NCBI GenBank assembly: GCA_965224245.1
Contig: OZ245046.1
Coordinates: 5,984,001-6,048,000, forward strand
Length of the DNA: 64,000 nt
DNA from: Candidatus Eiseniibacteriota bacterium
Lineage (GTDB): Bacteria > Eisenbacteria > RBG-16-71-46 > CAZAMP01
Reading direction: 5' to 3'
Notes under the pieces: generated by a model
The model's input: only the letters and a program-made list of their open reading frames with translations
The model's database searches: none
What the model was told of the DNA's origin: nothing
Made by a program: the position numbers and the translations under genes
Shown here: positions 16,397 through 24,386 of the stretch, in pieces
Numbering within the stretch: the stretch's first letter is position 1
Layout of the letters: each line of letters opens with the position of its first letter

Positions 16397-17867
16397 CGGC
16401 AACGGCGCGACAGCATCGTCGCCGGCGCCATCGCCGGCGGCGTTTCCGTCGGTGCTGCTCTGCGTCACCGGATCGATCGCCGCGTACAAGGCCGTCGAGC
16501 TCGCCCGGCTCTTCGTGGGGCAGGGCAGTCGCGTACGGGTGGCCATGACGCGAGCCGCCACGAAGTTCGTGGGGCCGATCACGTTCGAGGCCGTCACCGG
16601 AAACCCGGTCTTCACCGACGTCTTCGCGAGCGCCTCGGGTCCGGTGGACAGGTACGGTCCCGGATCGGGCGAATCGAGCTCCGGTTCGATCGAGCACATC
16701 GAGGTCTCCAAGCAGCCCGACCTGATCCTGGTCGCCCCCGCGTCCGCCGACGTGATCGGCCGCGTGGCCCACGGGCTCGCCGACGACGTGGTCACGACGT
16801 CGATCCTGGCCGCCGATGCGCCGGTCGTGTTCGCGCCCGCGATGAACCAGCGCATGTGGAAGAACGCGATCGTGCAGGCCAACGTCAAGACCCTGACCGA
16901 CGCGGGCTATCGCTTCCTGGGGCCGGTGACCGGCAGCCTCGCCTGCGGCGAGGAGGGGATCGGCCGCATGATGGAGCCCGAGAAGATCGTGGCCAGCCTG
17001 GGCCGTGCGCTCGGGGGCGGTCCGAGCGTCGACCTCCGGGGCAAGCGCGTCCTCGTCGGGCTGGGCCGCACCGAGGAGATGCTCGATCCGGTCCGGTTCA
17101 TCTCCAACCGATCGAGCGGGAAGATGGGCGTGGCCATCGTGGAGGCCGCGCTGGAGGCCGGTGCCGACGTCGCGTGCGTGGCCGGTCCGACGGCGGTCCC
17201 CATCCCGTCCGACGCAACCGTCACGCACGTCACCACCGCCGAGCAGATGCGCGAGGCGATCCAGGCCAGGTTCGACGACTGTGACGCGCTCGTCATGGTG
17301 GCGGCCGTGGCCGACTACCGCGCCGCCACCGAGAAGCTGCACAAGATGGAGAGCGGACAGCACCGGCCCAGCATCGAGCTGGAGGCGAACGACGACATCC
17401 TGGCCTCGCTGAAGTCACGCCGGAAGAAGCAGATCGTCGTCGGGTTCGCGCTTGAGACCCAGTCCGAGGAGCAGCGCGCCCGGCGCAAGCTCGCCGACAA
17501 GGGTCTCGACATGATCGTCGTGAACAACCCGCTCAAGGAGGGCGCGGAGTTCGGTGGAGACACGAACCTCGTGTCGTTCCTCTACCGTTCGGGCAAGTCC
17601 GTGCAGCTGCCGATGATGGAGAAGCGGGCGCTCGGGGCCGAGATCGTGCAGCAGCTCGAGTACCTCCTGGCCCATCCCGACGGCAAGCAGCCGCCGCGTC
17701 CGGGAACGGGCGCGCGAGCGGCGGCCGGCTCGCCGGCAACGCCGGCCGCGTCGGGTCAGACGGCGAGCGGGGAGGCCCGTGACGGCGGATCCCGCGGGCG
17801 CTCGCGCGGCGGACGCCGCCGGCCACCGCGCAAGAAGTCGGTGTCGAGCGCGTCGACCGGGTCATGA
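16386..17867 (+). CDS. coaBC: Bifunctional phosphopantothenoylcysteine decarboxylase/synthase
   Basis: TGSIAAYKA, APAMNQRMW, LACGEEGIGRM, DPVRFISNRSSGKMG, AAVADY, VGFALET. Confidence 0.96.
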   Translation: MTPSGNGATASSPAPSPAAFPSVLLCVTGSIAAYKAVELARLFVGQGSRVRVAMTRAATKFVGPITFEAVTGNPVFTDVFASASGPVDRYGPGSGESSSGSIEHIEVSKQPDLILVAPASADVIGRVAHGLADDVVTTSILAADAPVVFAPAMNQRMWKNAIVQANVKTLTDAGYRFLGPVTGSLACGEEGIGRMMEPEKIVASLGRALGGGPSVDLRGKRVLVGLGRTEEMLDPVRFISNRSSGKMGVAIVEAALEAGADVACVAGPTAVPIPSDATVTHVTTAEQMREAIQARFDDCDALVMVAAVADYRAATEKLHKMESGQHRPSIELEANDDILASLKSRRKKQIVVGFALETQSEEQRARRKLADKGLDMIVVNNPLKEGAEFGGDTNLVSFLYRSGKSVQLPMMEKRALGAEIVQQLEYLLAHPDGKQPPRPGTGARAAAGSPATPAASGQTASGEARDGGSRGRSRGGRRRPPRKKSVSSASTGS

Positions 17868-18754
17868 GCGATCGACGACTGGGTGACGTCCGCCGCTACC
17901 TCGCGCGCGAGGTGGCGGCGGGCCGCGCCCGTGTCCTGCTCCCTCACCCGACCCCGGCCCCCGGGGCGGCGGCATCCCCGTCGCCGTCCCCGGCCTCGCC
18001 GACCCCCTCGTCCAGCGCCCCGGCGACGTCAGCCGGCGCGCAGAGGGCGCCCGCGTCGCGAGCACCGGACCGCGAGTCGACCGGCCCCGGGCCGGATACG
18101 GTGTCCGCATCCGGGGCGCTCGCGCCGTTCACGAACCTCCGCGACGACGCGACCGTGGCCGCCATCGGCGACGCGCTGGCGCCGGTGGACGCGCGCGCCC
18201 AGGCGTGTGTCGCGTGTGCGCTCCACGAGACGCGGAACACGGTCGTGTTCGGCACCGGGTCGGGACGATCGGGCATCGTGTTCGTCGGCGAAGCTCCAGG
18301 AGCCAACGAGGACGAGCAAGGCGTCCCGTTCGTCGGCCGCGCGGGGCAGCTCCTGGACAGGATCCTGGCCGCGATCGGCGTGCGGCGCGAGGACGTCTAC
18401 ATCTGCAACGTGCTGAAGTGCCGCCCGCCCGGGAATCGGGATCCCAAGCCCGAGGAGGCGGCGCTCTGTGCGCCGTTTCTCCGGGAGCAGCTCGACGCGC
18501 TCGAGCCCCGCATCATCTGCGCGCTCGGGCTGCACGCGGCGCGCTGGCTCCTGCAGACGAACACCGCGATGGCCCGCCTCAGGGGCAAGGTCATGACCTA
18601 CCACGGCATCCCGACGATCGCGACGTATCATCCGGCGGCGCTCCTTCGGAACCCGAACCTGAAGCGAAACGCGTGGGAGGACTTCCAGCTCCTCCGAAAG
18701 CTGGCCGAGGAGGACCGCATCGCACCCGACGAGGATCAGCAGCTCACGCTCTGA
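17864..18754 (+). CDS. Uracil-DNA glycosylase family 4 (Fe-S type) with Pro/Ser/Ala-rich N-terminal extension
   Basis: CVACAL, VGEAPGANED, PFVGRAGQLL, NVLKCRPPGNRDP, TYHPAALLR. ATGA overlap with coaBC. Confidence 0.92.
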   Translation: MSDRRLGDVRRYLAREVAAGRARVLLPHPTPAPGAAASPSPSPASPTPSSSAPATSAGAQRAPASRAPDRESTGPGPDTVSASGALAPFTNLRDDATVAAIGDALAPVDARAQACVACALHETRNTVVFGTGSGRSGIVFVGEAPGANEDEQGVPFVGRAGQLLDRILAAIGVRREDVYICNVLKCRPPGNRDPKPEEAALCAPFLREQLDALEPRIICALGLHAARWLLQTNTAMARLRGKVMTYHGIPTIATYHPAALLRNPNLKRNAWEDFQLLRKLAEEDRIAPDEDQQLTL

Positions 18755-18971
18755 TCACGCGTCCGCCGCGTCGAATCCGCGATCACCCGTCGTCTCCGCC
18801 GCCCGTTCCACTCACGCTCGCGCCCGCGCGGGCCGGCGAGCGTTCGCAACCGTGTGATCCGAGACCACTTGCTCTTCGCTCTTTGGAACGCGTGATCGCG
18901 CGCCTACAATGCGTCTCCCGACACGCGACGTCGGATCACGCTCCCCCATCCCCGGACCGAGGCCGCGCGAC

Positions 18972-20354
18972 ATGACGCAGACGATTCCAGGCCGTGTGCC
19001 GCCCCAAGCCCTGGATGCCGAGAAGGCCGTCCTCGCGGCCATGCTCCTGAACCGGGACGCCATCGGTGACGCGCTCGATTACCTGCACGGAGACGACTTC
19101 TACCGGGAATCGCACGGCGACATCTTCCGCGCGATCCTCGCGCTCTACGATCGGAACGAGCCCACCGATCTCGTCACGCTGCGCGGCGAGCTCACCAAGG
19201 CCGGCAAGCTCGACAAGGTCGGCGGGGTTCCCTATCTCTCCGATCTCTTCGAGTTCACCGTGACCGCGGCCAACGTGCGACACCACGCCGAGATCGTCCG
19301 GGAGAAGAGCATGCTGCGCGCGCTCATCAGCGTCAGCACCGACACCGCGGCCCGTGCCTACGATCCGACGAACGATGTCCAGGAGCTGATCGGGACCGCC
19401 GAGCAGCGGATCTTCGAGCTGGCCGAGGGACGTGTCGTGAAGGCGTTCGAGACGGTTCGCGACCACGTGAAGCCCACGATGGAGAGCTTTCTCGAGCTCC
19501 AGGAGAACCGGAAGCACATCACCGGGCTGGAGTCGGGGTTCCCCGACATCGACCGGCTCACTGCGGGCTGGCAGAAGAGCGACCTGATCGTCATCGCGGC
19601 CCGCCCGTCGATGGGCAAGACGGCCCTGTGCCTCAACTTCGCGGGGCACGCGGCGCTCGAGCTGAACATGCCGGTCGCCGTGTTCAGCCTCGAGATGTCC
19701 GCTCAGCAGCTCACGCAGCGGCTCCTGTGTTCCGAGGCCAAGGTCAACATGCACAGCGCCCGCACCGGGAAGATCCGCGACGCCGAGCTGCAGAGCCTCA
19801 CGCACGCGGCGAGCCGTCTCACGCGGGCACCCATCTACATCGACGACACGCCGGGCCTCTCGGTGCTCCAGATGCGCGCCAAGGCGCGGCGGCTCAAGGC
19901 GCAATCGGGGCTCGCGCTGGTCGTCGTCGACTATCTGCAGCTGATGCAGGCGGACGGGCGGCCCGAGAACCGCCAGCAGGAGATCGCGCAGGTCTCGCGC
20001 GGGCTGAAGGCCCTGGCCAAGGAGCTCGACGTCCCCGTCATCACCGGCTCGCAGCTCTCGCGCGCCATCGAGAGCCGCACCGACCGGCGCCCGCTGCTCT
20101 CGGACCTGCGAGAGTCCGGCGCCATCGAGCAGGACGCCGACATCGTCGCGTTCATCCACCGGCCCGAGTACTACGACAAGAGCAAGCCCGAGCTCCAGAA
20201 CTTCGCCGAGCTCATCGTCGGCAAGCACCGGAACGGGCCGACCGACTCGATCAACCTGACGTTCGTCAAGGATTACGCGCGCTTCGAGTCGTGGGCCGGC
20301 CAGTACGCGGGCGTCGAGGCCTACGGTGCGCCCGACGATGACCTTCCGGTCTGA
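18972..20354 (+). CDS. dnaB: Replicative DNA helicase
   Basis: PPQALDAEKAVL, AARPSMGKT, FSLEMS, VDYLQLM, SQLSR, SDLRESGAIEQDAD, KHRNGP. No intein seen. Confidence 0.97.
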   Translation: MTQTIPGRVPPQALDAEKAVLAAMLLNRDAIGDALDYLHGDDFYRESHGDIFRAILALYDRNEPTDLVTLRGELTKAGKLDKVGGVPYLSDLFEFTVTAANVRHHAEIVREKSMLRALISVSTDTAARAYDPTNDVQELIGTAEQRIFELAEGRVVKAFETVRDHVKPTMESFLELQENRKHITGLESGFPDIDRLTAGWQKSDLIVIAARPSMGKTALCLNFAGHAALELNMPVAVFSLEMSAQQLTQRLLCSEAKVNMHSARTGKIRDAELQSLTHAASRLTRAPIYIDDTPGLSVLQMRAKARRLKAQSGLALVVVDYLQLMQADGRPENRQQEIAQVSRGLKALAKELDVPVITGSQLSRAIESRTDRRPLLSDLRESGAIEQDADIVAFIHRPEYYDKSKPELQNFAELIVGKHRNGPTDSINLTFVKDYARFESWAGQYAGVEAYGAPDDDLPV

Positions 20355-20506
20355 CGTCCGACGGTCCGATGCCGGCGCGCCGGCGCCGGTGCGCCGGACC
20401 GGCGCCGTGGACCGGCCCGCTGGATTCACGGCGTCCCCGCTCGTTCTCCCGGCGACCCCGAGCGCGTGACGGGCGACACGGACCCCGGCACGGAAAGGAC
20501 CCGCGC

Positions 20507-22102
20507 GTGGCGAAGAAGAAGACGTCCGGCTCGTTCTTCTGCAAGGAGTGCGGTGCCGAGAGCGCCAGGTGGTTCGGCCGGTGTCCAGCATGCGAGGCAT
20601 GGAACTCCCTCGTCGACGCACCCGCGGCGGCCCCCACACGATCGCACGGCGCGGCGGCTCGGGGGCGGGGGCGGGCCCGCGCCGGGTTTGCGGGTGGCGT
20701 GCGGTCCGAGCCGCCGAGGCCGCTCGGCGACGGGTCCCGGACGTCGGGCCGGCGCACCGGCGTCGGCATGCCGGAGTTCGATCGGACCCTGGGGGGCGGG
20801 CTCGTCCCCGGGTCGGTCATCCTCCTCGGCGGCGACCCGGGCGTCGGCAAGTCCACGCTGGCGCTCCAGGCCGCGGGCCGGCTGGCGGCCGGCGGAGACC
20901 CGGTGCTCTACGTCACCGGCGAGGAGTCGCGCGAGCAGGTTCAGATGCGCGCGGATCGACTGGGCGGCACCGGGCGCGAGATGCTCCTGGCCACCGAGGC
21001 CGACGTGGATCGCATCGGCGACTGGGTCGCCGAGCACCGGCCGGCGTTCGTCGTCGTCGACTCCATCCAGACCGTGCACAGCCCCGAGATCGACGGGGCG
21101 CCGGGGTCGGTGCTCCAGGTTCGCGAGTCGGGCTTCCGGCTCCACACGATCGCCAAGTCGTCCGGGGCGGCCATCCTTCTGATCGGTCACGTGACGAAAG
21201 ACGGCTCCATCGCGGGACCGCGCGTGCTCGAGCACATGGTCGACACCGTGCTGTACCTGGAGGGCGAGCGCATCGGCGGCTACCGGGTGCTGCGCGCGGT
21301 GAAGAACCGCTTCGGCTCCACCGACGAGATCGGGCTGTTCGAGATGCGAGAGACCGGCATGCACGAGGTCACCGATCCGTCACGCGTGCTCGTCGACCTC
21401 GAGTCCGGGCGGGCCGACGGCTCGATCGTCGTCCCCACCATCGAGGGCACCCGGCCGCTCCTGCTCGAGGTGCAGGCCCTCGTGACCCCCACGTCCTACG
21501 GCATGGCGCAGCGCGTTGCCACCGGCGTGGATCCGAAGCGACTGGCCGTGCTCCTGGCGGTGCTGCGCAAGCACGCGGGGGTGGACGTCTCCGACCACGA
21601 CGTCTTCCTCAACGTCGTCTCCGGCATTCGCATCACCGAGCCCGCGTCCGATCTCGGCGTGCTCCTGGCGGTGGTGTCGAGCCTCCGCGACCGGGCGCTG
21701 CCCGAGCGCATGGCCGCGGTCGGAGAGGTCGGGCTGGGGGGTGAGGTGCGCGGCGTCGCGCAGCTCGATCGCCGGGTCGCCGAGGCGGTCCGGGTCGGGT
21801 TCACCGAGGTGCTCGTGCCGGCCGTCACCGGCCGGGACCTGCCCGCACGGCTCCGCACGCATGCGCGGCTCGTCCGCAACGTCTCCGAGGCGATGACCGA
21901 GGCGCTGGCCGCCCGTGCCCCCCGCGCCTCCGCGCGCGTCCCCGCGGTCGCGCCGGCCGAGAGCTCGCCGGACGATCGGATGGAGCCCGCCGCGCTTCCG
22001 GACGATGAGTTCATCGACCCCGGCGTTGACGATCTCCTCGACGGCGACGACATTCCACCCCGTCGACCGGAGGATCCGTTCGGGCCATCCCCGACGGCGT
22101 GA
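20507..22102 (+). CDS. radA: DNA repair protein RadA/Sms
   Basis: CKECG...CPAC zinc finger, GGDPGVGKST, KNRFG and Lon-like C-terminal domain. GTG start after AAAGGA. Confidence 0.96.
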   Translation: MAKKKTSGSFFCKECGAESARWFGRCPACEAWNSLVDAPAAAPTRSHGAAARGRGRARAGFAGGVRSEPPRPLGDGSRTSGRRTGVGMPEFDRTLGGGLVPGSVILLGGDPGVGKSTLALQAAGRLAAGGDPVLYVTGEESREQVQMRADRLGGTGREMLLATEADVDRIGDWVAEHRPAFVVVDSIQTVHSPEIDGAPGSVLQVRESGFRLHTIAKSSGAAILLIGHVTKDGSIAGPRVLEHMVDTVLYLEGERIGGYRVLRAVKNRFGSTDEIGLFEMRETGMHEVTDPSRVLVDLESGRADGSIVVPTIEGTRPLLLEVQALVTPTSYGMAQRVATGVDPKRLAVLLAVLRKHAGVDVSDHDVFLNVVSGIRITEPASDLGVLLAVVSSLRDRALPERMAAVGEVGLGGEVRGVAQLDRRVAEAVRVGFTEVLVPAVTGRDLPARLRTHARLVRNVSEAMTEALAARAPRASARVPAVAPAESSPDDRMEPAALPDDEFIDPGVDDLLDGDDIPPRRPEDPFGPSPTA

Positions 22103-22191
22103 TCGGACGCGCCGGGGGACCCGGAGTCCGTGGACCGGACCCCGACCCCGATGTCGCACCGAGCGGCCCCGGCGGACGTCCGGGTCGCCGG

Positions 22192-22200
22192 TGCTACACT
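22192..22200 (+). promoter_or_regulatory. Putative extended -10 promoter upstream of ispD (TGcTACACT)
   Basis: TGn + TACACT 20 nt upstream of the ispD GTG, with GGAGG RBS in between. Confidence 0.45.
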
Positions 22201-22220
22201 CGGTCGCGAGGGAGGCGTGC

Positions 22221-22907
22221 GTGATCTCAGTCCTGATCCCGGCGGCGGGCAGCGGTGAGCGACTCGGAGCCGATCGTCCGAAGGCGCTCGTCGAGGTGGC
22301 GGGCGCGCCGCTGATCGCCTGGTCGGTTCGGGCCCTGGCCGAGGTGTCCGACGTGATCGAGATCCTGGTCGCCGCGCCGGCGGGCCAGGAGCACGCGTTC
22401 GAGGCCGTCCGCGACCGGATCGACTGCGCCCTCTGGCGGCCCGTGCTCACCGGTGGGGCCGAGCGCGCCGACTCGGTCGCGGCGCTGGTCGCGCACGCCA
22501 CGTCCGACCTCGTGCTCGTGCACGATGCGGCCCGGCCGTGCGTCGAGGCCGCGTGGGTCGAGTCGCTGGTCCGCGAGCTCGGGTCGGCCGAGGCCGGGGT
22601 GCCCGGCGTTCCGGTGCGCGACACGCTGAAGCGCGCCCGTGACGGCGTCGTGATCGAGACCATCGACCGGGACGGCGCGTTCGCCGTGCAGACGCCGCAG
22701 CTCTTCCGGCGCGACCTGCTCGTCCGCGCGCACGCGCTCCGGGCCCGGAGCCCCGAGCTCGCGCGCGCCACCGACGACGCGATGCTCGTCGAGGCGCTCG
22801 GGGTGCCGGTGCGTCTCCTCACCGGCTCCGCGTCCAACGTGAAGGTCACGTTTCCCGACGACGTCGACCACGCCGCTCGCTTCCTGACGCGGGCGGCGCA
22901 CCGATGA
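22221..22907 (+). CDS. ispD: 2-C-methyl-D-erythritol 4-phosphate cytidylyltransferase
   Basis: IPAAGSGERLG..PK, GGAERADSV, VHDAARP, QTPQLF, TDDA, NVKVTFPDD. Confidence 0.95.
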   Translation: MISVLIPAAGSGERLGADRPKALVEVAGAPLIAWSVRALAEVSDVIEILVAAPAGQEHAFEAVRDRIDCALWRPVLTGGAERADSVAALVAHATSDLVLVHDAARPCVEAAWVESLVRELGSAEAGVPGVPVRDTLKRARDGVVIETIDRDGAFAVQTPQLFRRDLLVRAHALRARSPELARATDDAMLVEALGVPVRLLTGSASNVKVTFPDDVDHAARFLTRAAHR

Positions 22908-23398
22908 CCCGCGCCCCGCGCGTCGGCGTCGGTGTGGATTCGCACCGCTTCCGGAGCGACGGCGTGCTCGTCCTCGGTGGCGTCGAGATCCCCGGCAGCC
23001 CGGGACTGGACGGACACTCCGACGCCGACGTGCTCGTGCACGCGATCGTCGACGCACTTCTCGGGGCGATCGGCGCGGGCAACATCGGCACGCACTTTCC
23101 GAACACCGATCCGGCCTGGCGGGGCGCCGCGAGCTCGCGTTTTCTCGAGCACGCGATCGGTCTCGTCCGCGAGGCGGGCTTTCGGGTCGGCAACGTGGAT
23201 GCGACCCTCGTGGCCGAGGAGCCCGCGCTGTCCCCGCACTTCGAGGCCATGCGGCGATCGCTGGCGGGAATGCTCCACGTGCCGCCGGCCGACGTGTCGG
23301 TGAAGGCCACGACGGCCGAGAGGATGGGGGCGCTGGGCCGCCGGGAGGGCATCGCCTGCGTGGCCGTGGTCATGCTGGTCGGGGAGGACGACACGTGA
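22904..23398 (+). CDS. ispF: 2-C-methyl-D-erythritol 2,4-cyclodiphosphate synthase
   Basis: RVGVGVDSH, GHSDADVLVHAIVDALLGA, VSVKATTAE.MG..GR.EGIA. Confidence 0.96.
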   Translation: MTRAPRVGVGVDSHRFRSDGVLVLGGVEIPGSPGLDGHSDADVLVHAIVDALLGAIGAGNIGTHFPNTDPAWRGAASSRFLEHAIGLVREAGFRVGNVDATLVAEEPALSPHFEAMRRSLAGMLHVPPADVSVKATTAERMGALGRREGIACVAVVMLVGEDDT

Positions 23399-23432
23399 AG
23401 GGGATCGACATGCTCATCACAGGAGGCCCGTC

Positions 23433-24386
23433 GTGAAGGTGCTCGTGCTGGCCGGCGGCGAGTCCGCCGAGCGCGAGGTCTCGCTCGTGAGTGGACGCGC
23501 GGTGCTGGACGCGCTCGCGGCGCACGGACATCGGGCCGAGATGCTGGACCTGGCGCCCGAGGGGACGCTCGATCCCGGGACGGCGTTCCGCCTGAACGAC
23601 GCGCTCTCGCGCGTGGCGCCCGACGTCGTCTTCGTGGCACTGCACGGCGGCATCGGCGAGGGTGGCACCGTGCAGGCGTTTCTCGAGGTCAGCGGCGTGC
23701 CCTACACCGGAAGCGGCCTCGACGCGTCGGTCGTCGCGATGGACAAGATTCTCTCCAAGATCGTCATGGCGCACATCGGCGTGGCCACGCCACCGTGGGA
23801 GCGGCTGGGGGCCGAGCCCGGGCCGGACGACGTCACCCGCGTCCGATCCGTCGGCGAGCCCTGGTGGGTCGTCAAGCCCAACCGGGGCGGCTCCACGGTC
23901 GGGATCTCGATCGTGAAGGCCGACGCCGAGCTGCCCGACGCGCTCGCGCTCGCGCGGCGCTACGACTCCCAGGTCCTGGTCGAACGATACGTGGCCGGAC
24001 GCGAGCTCACCGTCGGCATCGTGTCGGGGACCACGCTGCCCGTGGTCGAGATCACGCCGCGGTCCGGCTTCTACGACTACGAGCACAAGTACACGGAGGG
24101 ACGCAGCGTCTACACGTGTCCGGCCGACGTCCCCGAGACCCTCGCGCGCACGATGCAGGCGGCGGCGAACGATCTCTACGTGGCGATCGGGTGTCGCGGC
24201 GCGGTCCGCGTCGACTTCCGTCTGGGAGAGGACGGCGTGGCGTACTGTCTCGAGGCGAACACCGTGCCCGGGCTGACGCCCATGAGCCTGCTGCCGATGG
24301 GGGCGAAGGCGATCGGTCTCGACTTCCCCGCGCTGATCGAGCGGCTCTGCACCGACGCCATCTCGGCCACGAGGTCGCCGGCGTGA
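23433..24386 (+). CDS. ddl: D-alanine--D-alanine ligase
   Basis: GGESAEREVSL, LHGGIGEGG, MDK, VKPNRGGSTVG, FYDYEHKY, RVDF, LEANTVPG. Omega-loop Tyr retained. Confidence 0.95.
   Translation: MKVLVLAGGESAEREVSLVSGRAVLDALAAHGHRAEMLDLAPEGTLDPGTAFRLNDALSRVAPDVVFVALHGGIGEGGTVQAFLEVSGVPYTGSGLDASVVAMDKILSKIVMAHIGVATPPWERLGAEPGPDDVTRVRSVGEPWWVVKPNRGGSTVGISIVKADAELPDALALARRYDSQVLVERYVAGRELTVGIVSGTTLPVVEITPRSGFYDYEHKYTEGRSVYTCPADVPETLARTMQAAANDLYVAIGCRGAVRVDFRLGEDGVAYCLEANTVPGLTPMSLLPMGAKAIGLDFPALIERLCTDAISATRSPA

Noticed and set aside
17680..18140. Low-complexity tails on CoaBC (Arg/Ser-rich) and UDG (Pro/Ser/Ala-rich), and similarly on RadA
   Set aside because: Disordered extensions like these are common in high-GC genomes; no repeat unit or domain is evident.
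20408..22140. Shared CCGTGGACCGG in the spacers after dnaB and after radA
   Set aside because: Only two short GC-rich copies with no larger shared structure; consistent with chance.
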